Notes: generated from the sequence alone by a model not told the origin. A DNA stretch of 63,759 nt, filler included, from Pelomyxa schiedti (GCA_020536535.1; 14 parts of 14 records of this genome joined end to end with filler, not necessarily neighbours in it), one strand, 5' to 3'; positions 12,289 through 27,100 are shown, numbered from the whole stretch's first letter. Program-made: numbers and translations.

Positions 12289-15191
12289 ATGTACACCAGA
12301 ACTCCCACCCACATTGGACTAACTCAATGTTCAGCACTCGACGGACCACTGGAAAAGCAATAATTACTGAACCACTTAAGCAATGTTCAGCACTACCCAG
12401 GCTGACAAATCTCTCTCTCTACACAACTTTTCACAGGAGACATACCTCTCAAAAAGTGTGCTCTTCCATGGGATGATTGTAGCATACCTCAAGTTTGTCC
12501 CTCCCAAGTTTAGCTTTCACGGCTGACATACCTTTCAGCTGGATTTGTGGAAAGTAGCAACCTCTAAGGCATGGGAGAGTCTTGAGGATCTTGAATCTCA
12601 GGTCGGTGGGGGTGCATCCCTGCAAAAGGGGCTGAAGACCTTGCACAAAAGGAAGAGACCACAAAGGAGAGCAGGTTTCCTTTTTGGATAAAGTAATGGC
12701 TGCTGGACTTCTTGATGGTGATGTGCGCACTGGTGTGCCTGGCCTACCCACACATCGGCAACTAGGTATTGTTTGCTATGCTGTGTATGATGATGCAGTC
12801 AGAGATGAATCCCAAGTTCTGCCTCTCATTGAGAGGTACCTCTCTTTCCTTTGCAAGAAGTCTGAAGGAACTAGGGGAACTTATTTTCTGAAAAAACTTG
12901 AAGATCAGGAGAAGGGAAACAGTTAATTGCCCTTGGGGAGGTTAGTACCTACTATTAGCAATGCTATTCTGAGGGCCTTGCTTCTTTGGATAATTTTTTA
13001 ACAACCTGCGTTTTTACATGACCCACTCAGAATCTCATCACCTCAAAACAGCCAAGTGACGAGTTGCCAATGTTCAATTCTATTGTCATCTCAGTTTTGA
13101 GAAGAACTTCCACATCTTTCCAAGCAAACATAATGCAAGTGGAAGTGGATCTGCTGAGAATGGGACATTACTTGCATCAAGAGTGCCACCATGCTGAGGT
13201 TGTATTTCAACACATGGATTTGTCTACTCTCCAAATTAAATCTAGTTCTTGGTTTTAATGTGTGTGCTCTGGCTCTCTGAGACAACATCAGCTATTTGGG
13301 GAATTGAACCTCCTTGGCTGCTGATCAGAGGAGATACCTGAGACAAACATTGATTCACGAGGTATGATAACTGGAAGTTCCACTGTGGAAAAGGCATTCA
13401 GTAACACAGCACTTGGTTCAGACTGATGGGTTCCGTTTCTACAATTGTAGCGCATGAAAGAAACACTATTGCAATAGAATCATGAACAGAGGCTCAACAG
13501 ACATGNNNNNNNNNNNNNNNNNNNNNNNNNNNNNNNNNNNNNNNNNNNNTTAATTAATTAANNNNNNNNNNNNNNNNNNNNNNNNNNNNNNNNNNNNNNN
13601 NNNNNCTGATCTGCCTGTTTGCCTGTTTGAATTTAAGTTAACTTTGTGATGTGGTTAGTTGTTACCCCCACTGAATTATCAGGTGCCAGGTTACTATTAA
13701 TCGTTCCGGCTTCATTACCCTGTTCATGAAATAGTTGAAGCTATTATTTCCGGTGGATTTAAAAGATTAGAACCCACCAACATTAATTATTGTTATTTAA
13801 TATTGCAATCTGTCATTTTGTACCGAATTTCTGCGTCTTCTCGTCCGGATCAGTGTGTTGATCAGGCCCAATGTGGGACAACATCTCATCGGACAATGCC
13901 GACAAGGCTAACCAAAAATCTTCGTCCCCATGCAACTGGGTGCGCACGCCATGCACGAAAAAGTCACTTTTGTGCGTCGTTTTTCTCGGCTCGGGGGAGC
14001 CTCACTGTGTCCGTGAACGCACTCCTCGGTCTGCCTGCAGGATGCGCACCTTACCGCCACTTGGCTGAAGAAAAAAAACACCGGACCGCGGACGATAACG
14101 AAAATGACAGCGTTCCGGTCTGTTGATTATTTTATGAAGGTGGAGGACCCCGGGCGCTCGGGGACCAGTACGCCGTGGACCACGTCCACTGGCGTGCGTG
14201 TCGGTGAGAGGAGGGTGTAGCGGCTCCCCTGGGGAGCGTGGGCCGACCCCGAGGGTGGCGTGGACACACACGGCGTGAAGGCAACAACCACTCCACTCAA
14301 TCCCCTCTCTCTTCTCCTCCTTCCGTTGTGGCATTTTGGTGGCAAGTCGTGCTGTCGTAGGTATCTATTTTCTTTTGTTTTGTTGTTTCTCGTTTGTTTT
14401 GTTTTGGTTTTTTTTTTTTTCTCTTTCGAGCTGTTGAGCCAACGCTTCAATCAGTTCTTTTTGTTTTGCTTTCTTTTTCTTTGTCTCGTGTTATTTAAGT
14501 TTGTTTTATTTCGTTTTCGGTTAGCTTAGTCTTGTTTTTGTTCTTGTTCTCACCTCAACACAGAAGATTCCATGACGAGGAGAAGGGCACAGCGGTATGT
14601 TTCCATTTCTCTTCCGCTTTTCTTTTTTGACTTCTCACATTTGACAACCAGGTGGTGTTGTAGATGTCAGCAGAATGTGTGTGCAGCTCGGCTCCATTCC
14701 ACCGGTATTCCTCTTCTTTGATTCAAACTGTATGCAGTGGGAGTGTCGGCATTGTGGATCTCTGACTTTCAGCAGCTCAGCCCCTCACTGGTTTGTTTCT
14801 TATTTCTTCTTTTTCTCATTTCACCACGACAGACTGTCACCATGGAAATCCCCCTCTCCCTTTTCATCCACTCAGGAGAATGGTGTGCGCAGCTCTGCTC
14901 CGCTTTTCCTCGTCAGGTTTTAGCCTTTTTTTCAGACCCAGTATTGCATCACCTCCAATCCCAGATNNNNNNNNNNNNNNNNNNNNNNNNNNNNNNNNNN
15001 NNNNNNNNNNTTAATTAATTAANNNNNNNNNNNNNNNNNNNNNNNNNNNNNNNNNNNNNNNNNNNNTGATGTCGATGGTGGGGTTGTGCGCTAGAACTTT
15101 GAATGTGGTTTCGGCGTTGCCGCAACTAACGGCCGACAACAGCTCGTCTTCGGGCCTCCGCGACGTACCGAAATCGCTGTAAAACATTTTC

Positions 15192-18100
15192 TCAAAACGG
15201 AATTTTTTTTAGGGGTGGTTTGTGGAATGTGAGTACGGTGTGGGCTAGTGTTGTCACGTTGTCAGGGGGCGAGAACATTGTCCAGTGGTCACCCGGAGTC
15301 GTCGCGTGCTGAGTGACAGCGTTGCCCTGCCCTTGTCCTCCGGCTGCGGCGGCCTGTTCGACAGCCTCGTCAGCGTGTTGGTCCATGACTTGGGCGGTGT
15401 CGAGCTGCAGCAGTGACTTGACGAACTCGTCGTTGTTGGAGGCCCACACTGTAAGAACCGGAGCATTCCACAGTTCAAGGCTGGAAGATGATGATGATTC
15501 CGGAGTTCCGGTTGATGATTCTGATGATTCTGAGGATTCGGATTGGAGGAGCAGGCTGTCGACTAGGGGTAGTGCCTGGTCGGTGAGGTGGATGTCCTGC
15601 ATGAGGTTCTTCACGAGGTCCTGGGCGACCTGGCGCTCCTCAGCGGTATCGTACTTGCACGCGGCGAAGAAGTGGTCCCACTTGGCTTTCTCGTCCGTAA
15701 GCAGCTTCAGCTCTGCCCGGAGCGACGCGGCCGCGACGCCGGACATGCGGCCCTGGCCGCGGACAAACAGGCACATGGAATCCTCCACGTTGCTGGCTGA
15801 TTTGTCCTGTTGCATTGGTTAGTTATGGGAAGTGGAAAGGAAAGGGGGAGGAGAGTGTTTCGCATACGGAAACGTGAGTGGCGTCGATAAGAACTAAGGA
15901 TTCGACTTTGTGGCCCATGGAAATGAGCTTGGTGGCGACGAGCTGTCCCACAATTCCACCGGCCGAGTGGCCGACGATCGTGTAGGGCTCCTTGCAAGTG
16001 GCCAATATTGCTGCGATGTTGCTGTTGACAAGTGCGGTGAGGTCCGTCACATTGTATCCTCGTTGTACAACGTGTACAGCCTAGTTTCAATCAAGTTATT
16101 TATGTAATCAAGTTGTTTGAACAGTATAACTGAGGTTATAACTTATTGTAAATTAAATTGGTATAGAAAGTGTACCCAATTCTCCATCAGTGGGGCAAAG
16201 CTCGAAAATATAGTCTGATTTCCACCGGCTGGTGGGAACAAGAAGACGTGTTTCTTGGAGTCAGGGTTGGTCATTGTGGTGATGACTGATGCTTCTTCCA
16301 CTGGCTTGGCGGTTGTTTCTTGAACTCCGGAAGAGGAAGACATGCCTTCCATCTGAGTAACAAGAGCCAGCGCAATCTGGTTTACAGATGTTAAGATCAG
16401 TCTTGTTTATTTTATTTGTTTACGATTGCGGCGTTACCTTGGAAATTGGAGGGCCGCCCATCAGCAAGACAATGGAGATTGGGATACCGACTTCCTGCTC
16501 AAGTTTTGCACGAACTTCCACAGCCACCATACTGTCTAATCCCATGTCGGTAAGTGGTTTGTTAACATCAACCTGATCCTGCATTTATGTCAGGTATACA
16601 CTTATACAGATGTTCTCTCCATACGGGTTTGAATGATAGGACAGTAGAAATTGTTTCCACAATGCGCCGTTGCATCATTTCCAAACGCTGGGTCCCAGCG
16701 GGGAGCGCAAGCATCTTCTGCATGAATAACTTGCCAGCTGAGGACTGGGCACCAGCAAGTTTCACCACGTTCTGGAACCTGTTTAGGTGTGAGAAAGTGT
16801 CTTCCGATCCGAATTTGACTGACCTTGGGTTCTGGTTTGTGGGGGAGAATGCAGCCCATTGTGCCCAGTCGATTCGTACAACAGCAATGTGTGGTGGGAG
16901 AGGGGTATTGGTGAAAATGAGTGACCCAAGCAGGTCAACAACTTCAGAGGAACTGAGTATCACCAAGCCTGAGTAAAATGTCAGAGGTGCCAAATTACTT
17001 TTTTCCAAGTATACCTTGGGCCTGCATTCCTCTGCGAACGTTTTCAGGTAGTTTAGCCGTCATACCAGCAAGAATTGGACCCCAGTTGATAGCTAAGCAA
17101 GGAAGACCCATCTTTCTTCTCTTGTGGGAGAGCCCATTCAAGAAAGAGTTACCTGCGGCATAGTTTGCTTGTCCTACCAAAGCAAAAACCATGTAAAAAC
17201 CTGGGGCACCCATTTTGGCAGCAATGGACCCGAAAAGAACGAAGAATGACAGAGGTGCTTTCAGCTTCAGTGAGGCTAGGTGCAGATTCCAAGCACCAGA
17301 CACTTTAGGGGCAAGAACTTTGTTTAGCCTATCCCGTGTAAGGTCCTTGACAAAATAGTCGTCAACAAAGCCAGCGCAATGCATTATTCCTCCAATTGGT
17401 GCTACTGCAGTTAGCTCTGCGAATAATGAGTCCACAGCAGCAGGATCGGTGATATCGCCTGAAAAGCATCAGTGGGTTGAATTATGTGTTGTTGTTGTAC
17501 ATCGGTGGATGGAAATGTTTGCTCCTGCACTCCGAAGTCTGTTTAGAAGATCTGTTGGTTCCCGTGCAAAAGGTAAATCAACCAAAGAAACCTATTTTGG
17601 TTGCCCCGTGCCAGCACATCCATTGTGCCACAGATGTACCAAGAGCCCCCAAGCCTCCGGTTAGCTAACACCAAGTCAAAACCACATCCAAGAAAGGAGC
17701 TTCATACCATGTAAATAGCATCTGGATCAAAGCTGGTTGGACAGGTGTCTGTTGCATGAACTGTCGATTCAAGATCAACAGTGACGAGTATCTTGCCAAT
17801 GTGATTGGCTGCGGCCATAAGTCGGAAAGCATGGACCGCATCTGTGATTGGGAAAGCAGTGTAGGGTATTGGCTTGATTGTACCATCTTTTACATGATTA
17901 AGACAGTGAAAGGTGAAAAACTAACAACTCAACCTTCTAGTTTTGATTCCACCTCCCTAAGCAATTCCGAGAAGTATACAGGGTCAGAATCACAGAGAAC
18001 ATCAATGGCAACACTGGCTACAAGAAGGTTCTTTGCAAATGGCTTCAGAGGAAGCTTGCTATTTTCGAAGATGTCCCGTTTTCCAATTTCAATAAATCTT

Positions 18101-21100
18101 CCTTTGTGACGAAGAAGGTGGTAGGATCGGACTAATCCCTCTCCCATTAACGAGTTGAGAACAACATCCACTCCTTCTCCATGTGTAATTTTCATGATCT
18201 AAATGCAATCAAAAAATAGTTCTTCTAAGTGAGGATATACCTGATCAGCAAAGGTTAAGGATCGGGAGTTGAAAATGTGGTCCTCTGGAATGCCAAGCTT
18301 ATTTACCAAGAATTCGCGCTTCTCTTTCTTTCCAACAGTGGCAAACACTTCGCAACCATAATGCTGGCAGAGTTGAACAGCAGCAATTCCAACTCCTCCA
18401 CTTGCAAGGTGAACCAGTACCCTCTCTCCTTTTTTAATATGTGCAACGCGTACTAAGCCTTCATAGGCAGTTAGAAGAACACCTACTTCCAATTAGCAGG
18501 AGACTGAGACGTTATTATATTCGTAACCTGTGGAGGCCACAGCTTCTTCCATAGTGAGATTGGAGGGTTTCTTAACACACAAATGGGCAGGAGTAACAAA
18601 GTGTGAGGCAAATGTTCCGTTGGCGATAGCTATTACAGGGTCTCCAACTGCAAACCCGGTTACACCCTTCCCAACACGGACAATGGTCCCAGCAGCCTCC
18701 AGCCCAACAAGTGTGGAATCATCTTCAGCAGGGTAGAGGCCCATAGCTCGCATTACATCTCGGAAATTGAGAGAAGAAGCTCTCACTTGAATTTCCACCT
18801 CACCCTCTTTTATCAAGTTTAGACTACGGTGTTGTGGTGTTAGAGAAATACCCTTTGGTTCCATTCTTGGAATATGGCACAGGGTCAAACTGTCTAAAAC
18901 CCCTCGCTTACTAATCTCAAGCCGGTAGGCTCCTTTTGAAGCAGTTGTATCGATGATTCGTGAGAGTGACGGTACAACACTTTGCATGAGGCGGTTTCCC
19001 CAAAGTGAAGTACTCCTTATTCCAACAAGGTTATCTTTCCCTGGAGAAAGAATCTCATGTGCTAAAGTAGTTATTTCACTGGGTTTTAGTTAGTGCTGAA
19101 GTGAAGTGCGGAAAGTTTATTGTTACTTTGCAGTTGGAGTGAGGCTCAGATCGATCATGCGAGTGGAAAATGCGGCATATTCCTGAAGCAAAACGTTGGA
19201 GAGGCCCCACAATGCAGATTGGTGAGGGTCAATATCTGTATCTTGTTCGGTAACTTCCTGGATGCCGGTTATGAAGTAATGTGTTTTTGTATAGGCATAC
19301 CTGGCTCCCAGCAGTCACAAGCCACAGTCTAGGTTGGAGTGCGGACTTACCAAGTGCTTGCAAGAACAAAATGGCATCCAGCAGTCCCTCGTTGGCGGGT
19401 TGTTTTACAGCCCACATGAACACCATGAAGATGGGTTGCCCGTCAGCCTGTAAATATCAATACTTGGAAATGGGAAAATGGGAAAACCTGTGCCTCAATA
19501 TGGCTAATCACAGACGGCAACTCATTGGAAGGACATGCCAAGTCTTGACCATTCAATTCCACGCTGTTGGCCTTGCGAATTGAAAAAACAGATCCCCCAG
19601 ACTTGCGTAAAATGCTTACAAGCTCATCCCCATACACCCCTTCAGAGAATACAACAAACTTGCCATTGGGTTTGGTGGGTGGAGCTGGGGAAGTGGTAAT
19701 TGGGGCCCACTCTGTGTGGTAAAACACATCTGTAGATCTTCGTGTGTCTTCAACATAATTGCAGCGGAAGCCATCAATGCAGGCAATTGGCTCACCAGAC
19801 TCAGTGAATATAACCAGGTCCCCAATAAGAGCTAAAACACAATCAATTGTTGTAAATGTGGTTGCTGAGATAACCTCTTGGAGATACAGTGGTAATTTTA
19901 ACATGACAGTACAAGTCTTGAACAGGACTGCGGAAGAAGCGGACTCTATCCATATGGAAGGGCAGATAAATTCCATGAATGTCCTCATTCCTCAGGAAAA
20001 AGATGGCACCAAGACACTGTCAATGAAATTAAAACGGAGGGAAACAAGTAAGTTATCACTACCTGCATCGTTGCGTCCAAAACGGGTGGATGGAAACAGT
20101 ACTTGTCTAAATTGGTGGCAATGTGATCTGGTACATGCAACACCCCGAGAAGCTCGTTATTTCCCACATGAAGGGCACGTATGCTCTTGAACGCAGGTCC
20201 TAACTGGAGTCCCCTCTCCCACATTGCAGTATAGTAGTCTTGCCCACTCACAGAAGCAGTGTTGCAGCGAGCAATTATAGCTGCCGGCGACTCTGGTTGT
20301 GGCAAAGCTCCAGCAAGCCAGGAATCCCTCTCACGGTGGACAGTGGTTGTGGCGTGAAGCATATATTGTGGGTTGGGAGTTTCTCTAGAGAAAAGTAAGA
20401 AACAGCATAAAGTAAAGGGAAGAGAACCCGTCGAGAGTGCTATACAAAGATACCGTTGCCTCGTACGGCGATGTTACAACAAACGAAGTTTGGATAATTG
20501 GTTCACTGTTTGCAGCTGGAAGGAAAAGAGGACGTAAAAACTTAACATCAGTGATCACTTGTGGGCCTTTCCCGAACACCTGGGGGTGTACCACTTAGGT
20601 GAAAAAAACCCTAAAAGAAGATACCGCTGTTGCGGCTTCCAGTGAGCACTCAATGTAAGTAACACCAGGTATAAGTACAGATCCAAACCCTTTGTGGTCG
20701 TACTCCCATTCAAGTGGAGTGCCAGCCGAGACTGAAGCACGCCAGGCTTTAACATCAGCGCCAAGAGTGGCCACTTCTTGTGATAGGAAGGGCATTGTTG
20801 TTGCTGGACTTTGAAGCTTCGATTGAAGCAGCTTCCCCTAAAAGAGTAAGAAAAGAAAGATAACAGTAAGGTTTACTTTTTCACTGTTGGTTGGTTGAAA
20901 CCAGTGCCGCTGCTTGTTCCATGAGTATTTAGGTGTGCGAACGAACTGTGCTTTCTCATCAAACATCCAGTCGAAGTCGACCTTGACATTGCACTCGTGC
21001 AGGAAACCAATGGATTGAAGCAAGGTCTTAGACTCTTCTGTGTCTCTCTTCATGGAGGCAATCACATGTCCTGGTACGATCAATTTTCGATTTCGCATGC

Positions 21101-24100
21101 AATCTTAAAATACCTGGTGTTGGGCTTGTACGGAGGGTACTGGAAACATAGTGCGCTAAAACAGGATGGGGGGATAATTCCACGAAGATGCAGTGTCTTT
21201 GCTTAATCAACTCCAGAATTGCCTGGTGGAATTGAACGGGATTTCTTATTTGCTTGGTCCAGTAGGCAGTTTGAAGATCAGTCCCTGTGACAAGGTGAAT
21301 TTGTTGCATTAGCAGAAAAAGGGAAGCGTACCATTGAATCTTGTGCCAGTAAGAGTACTGTAGATCGGAATACTTTCGGGCTTTGGTGAAAGATGAAGCG
21401 CACCAATCTTCGAATCAAGTTCGGGAAGAAGGTTGTCCAATAGATGGCAGTGGAAGGCGTAATTGACTGGTAAGTATTTCGCGTAAATATTCTTAGCCTT
21501 CAGTGCAGTAACAACTGACTCCAGGGCCTCAGCGTCACCACTTAGAACACAGTTCTCCTCACTAAAGAGATTAGAGGATAGCTGATAAACTGACATCAAA
21601 CCTGTTGACAACGGCAACAGCAAGTTTTCCTGAATGAGACGAGATTAACTGTTCGCACTCAGGAAGAGGGAGCCCAACTGCCGCCATCTTGCCTAAACCT
21701 GTGGCTTTGTTCATCACTTCACTTCTGACGTATATTAATCTAGTTGCGTCTTCAAGGGAGAGCACTCCGGCAACATGGAAGGCAGCAATTTCTCTAAGGG
21801 TAATTATTAGATAGGCAGAGACAAATAAAGATATACCCAAGTGAGTGACCAACTACAGCTTGTGGTACAACGCCCATCTGTTTGTAAACTTCCACAAGGG
21901 CAACTTGGATCGCGAAAAGTACTCGCTGTGCACACACTGTCTCCCCAAGGGCACTCTTACTTTCATCACTGTTGAGGATTTCACGGCAAACGGAGAAGGG
22001 AGGCTCCATTGTGGAAAATATAGAATCTATTTTCTCCAGAGTGTTGCGGAAAACAACGTTTTCTCTGATTATCATTGTTAGAGATGGTACTAAACCGGGA
22101 AAAAAGCGCACTTGATCAACTGTTTAGCCATTTTGAAATGCTGTGGCCCCTGTCCACTGAATAGCATCACCAATCGTTGGGATGAAGATGGGGCTGTGCG
22201 AATTCCAGTGTTCCCCTCTAGAGATCCAAAATCAACAAGAGCTTTGCAGAGCGGGGCACGTTGGGACTCCTGACACACAAACGAAGCCCTCTGAGGGTGC
22301 TGCTCTCGGCGGAGCAAGTGGGTATAAGCAACATCCTGGCATCAAGTAAGTAAGAAAGAAAGAGCTGAACTACAAGATCCAACCCGCAGAGCTATTTCAG
22401 GGTGATTTTCAAGGAATTGGCTCAACTTCACAGCTGAAGCCTTAACAAAGTGTTTTCTCAAAAAAGGAAAACCAAAGGAAAATCTCTCATACCCTCAGTG
22501 AAATGGAGGATCTAGCAGATAAAGAAAGAATGTAGGAATTATCATCGGCAGGGAATGGAGAGTCTACTGCCGGTGCTGATTCTATTACTGCGTGAGCATT
22601 GGTTCCGCCAAATCCTAGATACATTGAGTTGGGTGACTTACAAAAAACTATGTACCAAACGAAGAAACGCCAGCAAGTTTCTTTTTGTTGGGATTCCATT
22701 CACCACCTTGACTGACAGAAATTGGAAGTCCATTGAAGTTTATGTGTGGGTTGGGGTTTTCGAAGTGTATGGACTTTGGGATGAAACCGTGGGTCATGGA
22801 AAGAGCAATCTATAGCTTTTATTGGTAAAAGAGAGAAGAAGGAAAAGTCAACCTTTATGATTGAAGCCATTCCCGATGCGCACTCAAGATGACCAATGTT
22901 GGATTTTACGGAACCTATGACAACCCGTTCTGAATCACTGTACGCACCATTGACCCTTCAAAAAAAAAGTGAGAAGGAGAAAGAAGGTAATACAAGATAC
23001 ATTGGAATATGCTTTGACAATACTTCACCAAGACTGTCAACCTCGATATGATCTCCTAAAGAGGTTCCAGTTCCATGACACTCAAAATACCCTGCCTCTG
23101 AAAGATTTCGGTGGGCATTGTGCCATGTGTCAGTATACAAGGCCTGTTGCGCAAGCCCATTTGGTGCTGTGAGGCCGTTGGACTTGCCATCCTGAGGTGC
23201 ATTGGTGAATTACATTTGAGGTAGACTCTTTTCCATACTTGATTGACACCCGTTCCTGCAATAACGCAGTAGACTTTGTCCTTATCGGCGAGAGCATCAG
23301 ATAATTTCTTCAGCACCAACATTCCACAGCCCTCAGATCTGACATAACCATTTGCTCGTGCATCAAAAACAAAGCAACGCCCATCAGGTGAAAGAGCACC
23401 TGGAATGTGTAAGCCAGGCAAAGGGGATTGTGGTGTACCTGTTTTTGTGAGAGTCAGACCGCCAGTGGGAGTCAGAATTGCATTGACACCGCCAGCTAAA
23501 GCTGTAGTGCACTCATTGTTCCTAAGTGCGTTACATGCGAGATGCAAAGCCACAAGAGATGACGAGCAGGCCGTATCCAGGGCGACACTGGGACCTAAGA
23601 ACACACTTAGGTCTTGGACAGCTACAATTTTCCTCACCTCTGAAGTCGAGCAGATAAGATAGCCTATTGGCGTTCATGCAAAGGAAACTACCCGTTGCAA
23701 AGTAAGCATCAGCGACATTTTCATCCAAAAGCTGAGGAAGTGGTTAAAAACATTCAACAATGGCAGAAGCAACAACCTGCAGCTGCCCATAATCCGAAGC
23801 TGAAAGGCCAACGAAGAGTCCAGTCTTAGAGCCTGCCAACATGGATGCAGGGTGCCCTGAATCTTCTAGTGCCTCCCAGGCCATCTGGTCAAGGTTAGAA
23901 CAGCTAAATTGAGGGGGCGGAAAACCTCCATCATAAGTCGCTGTTGTGGATCTAGCCTCTCAGATTCCCTAGGAGATATACCCCAGAACTCCGCATCAAA
24001 CATATCAATGTCACTGATAAATCCTCCCCACTTAGAATTCATTTTCCCTTTCTTTTGCATATCGGCATCATAGAAAGCATGAACATTGAATCTGAATTAG

Positions 24101-27100
24101 ATTACAGGGTGCCTAGACAGTTTGTAATTACCTAGATTGTGGTATTTCAGTTATGGCATCAACACCATTCTTAAGTAAACTCCAATATGAATCCGAGTCG
24201 GTGCACCCTCCAGGGAACCGCAACGCAAAGCCAACAAGGGCAATAACCTCTGAGTCATCAGTTGGAGTAGAAGTAGTCCAGGTTGGGACCACTGGAAGTG
24301 TTTCCTTTTTTGGTGCATCAATCGAAAGAAAATGCCCAAGCACACTACCTTATGTGGTTGCATCAACTCAGCAAGATGTTTTGACAGTAATGAAATTGTT
24401 GGGAAATCATATACTAAGGCGGGAGACACACGTACACCCAACCAGTCACTGAGCGCCGCTGTAATATTAACCACAACCATGGATTCTACTCCGAAATTCC
24501 GTAGCGGAGTATCGATGTCAATGGCTGTTGGGGAGGACTGCAGCGCTTCTGCAAACTCAGCTGTGAGCCAATTTTGAATTTCCTCCTGAGTTTTCACAGG
24601 TTTTTTCTCTTCTTCTTCCGCAGCGGCCTCTTCTGCTTCAGTTTAGTCATAGAAAAACAATAAGTATCAACCTTTTTTAGGCACAAGGCCAGAAACTACA
24701 GGTAAATCACCCACGTACTTTCCCCAGTCAACTCGTGCCACCAGGACTTGAGCAGGGGTCTTTGTTCCTGCCAGGTACCCAAGAGCTCGGAGTGTGTCTG
24801 CGACATTAAGTGTATATAAACCAACTTTGGCACTCATTTCTTCAGCTCGGGTGTCCTGTTCCAACCATTAATGCAGTGGAAACTCCAATAAAGATTACTT
24901 GTTTGTACTGAATAGAGAGCGCAGGCAGATGCAACTTCCGTCTGAACTGTGCCAATGCGTCAAGGAAGCAATTGGCTGCTGTGTAGTGTGCTTGGCCTCC
25001 TTCTATTGGCTCGTTAGCTATGCATTCGATAGTAATTGTAACACACGTGGAACTGCCGAAGCAAGGGACGAGAACAGGACAAAATGCTGTAAAGTGCTGA
25101 CAGTTTGAGAGGCGAGATGCAAGTTCCAGCTACCAACAATTTTGCTGTCGAGAACGTTTTTAATAGACTCGGTGGTCAGATCTTGAATGCGGGCTGCACC
25201 AAAAACCCCAGCAACGTGGAAGATTCCCATCAGGTTATTTGCCTTCTTGACTACAGCAGAGAGCTGCTGAATATCCGAAACGTCAACCTGAGCCACTTCA
25301 ATTGATACTTCCCCATTTTTCCTCATCTTTTCAATTCTAAGAGCTGCCTCAGGCTTTGGGGCACTTCTTCCACACAATATTAAGGATTTAGCTCCTTTCT
25401 CCGTTAACCAGTTGGCAATTTCAAGTCCAAATCCACCTTAATTCATCAGCAATAGTGAGTAAAAAGAAAAAGTACTTAGTCCGCCAGTTATCAGATAAGT
25501 TCCTTTTGGGTCAATGGCAAGTGAAGGCCACTTGGATGAATCGGATGTTGGAAGAAACTTCATTCTCTTCACTAACTTCTGGCCGTTCAACAATGCGACA
25601 GTTGATTCCTGTTTACATTGGGTGAATAGAAAAGCCACTTGCTAAAGTTGTGTACCATAGAACTTTCAATAGTGGAATTACTTATTTCCTTGGCAAGCAG
25701 AGGAATGTCAGCCTGTGACGAGATATCCACAACAGTTGGTTTCATCTGAGGATACTCAAAGGCGGCGGTTTCAAAAATCCCCTTGATAGGAGATTGGAAA
25801 GGATTCATGTTCATAGCATTTCCAACGCCTGATGCAAAACTCAGAGGGTTGGGGAAACTACTATGGCATCTTACCAAAACAGGCATGCGTAATCACCCAG
25901 AATTTAGTTTTGCAAGGAGAGGTCTTATTTAGCGCTTGTAGAAGTCTAACAGGACCCAAAACTGTCGTGGAACAATCACACTCTGATGAAAGATTGCTCC
26001 AGCAGTACACAAAGCCAGATATATCCTGGGAAAAAGGTAACAGGGGAAAAGGAGGGACAAAAAAAAACTTTTGGAAGTTCGTCTGCAAGCGCTGCAAGAC
26101 TCTCGGCTGAAGTAGACGAGGTGAAGGAGTCCTTCCCAGTGCGAGAGAAAGAGGAACCAAGTTCAACATGCACAATATTGTGTTGCTTGAGATGCTGAAG
26201 AAGGGACTCAGAAATAGAGAACCGTGTTGGTGTTTCGTTGGTCATATGATCATGGAAGAGGACAAGAGTAAGCTTATCATTTCGGGATTTGGGTGCTGGT
26301 TGTGTTGGGACCCAGACTGACTCGTACCTATCACAGTGTTCAGGAAATTATAAAGGGAAAACGAAGATTACATGCACTTCTCAAGGGGAGCTGTTCTGGC
26401 AGAGGTTGTTGGCTGCTGTTTCAGCCAAGGAGGAGTGGTGTTGATCCAAAATCGTTGTGGATCCCAAGAAAGTATTGGTAATTGAACATCCCCACAGATT
26501 GTACCAGGCTTGGATTTGAAAGCCTCAGCATTCCCTTCAAAAAGGAACTTCATGAAATCCATCTTTGCACCACCAGCCCACGCCGAAGCAACGTTACTGG
26601 CCAAAGTCAACCGTTCCTTTTCTTTCCTTGAATCATGGTCAGTGCTTAACACTCAAGGTCTTGAGCCTTACCTGATCAATGTAGGAACTGCATTAACATT
26701 CACAGAAAGTGAATCAGCAATCATTCTGATGTACATGCTTAATACAGGATGAGGTGATATTTCAACGAAAGTGGTGTAGCCATCCTAGAGACAAATGAGG
26801 ATTCAGAAAGCCAATGGGTCAGCCATACCTTAATAGCAGCGGAGATTGCTTTCTGGAAATATACAGGCCTTCTTATTTGTTTGCTCCAGTAGTCGGGGGT
26901 GAGTAGTTTCCCACTGATAAGCTCACCTGTGACCGTGGAGTACATAGACACCTTGGTTTCAGATGGCTCAACAAATGATACCTTAAATCGTCATTAAAGT
27001 CATAAAGGTTTGGTGGTTTGGTAGTACTTTTTCAAGAAGTCTGGGAACCAGTGGTTCAAGCTGTGGTGAATGGAAAACATAATTAACAGGGAGGTATTGC

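Noticed and set aside
12290-13505. Short ORFs on a small contig (e.g. 12684-12926)
   Set aside because: No recognisable motifs or consistent exon chain.
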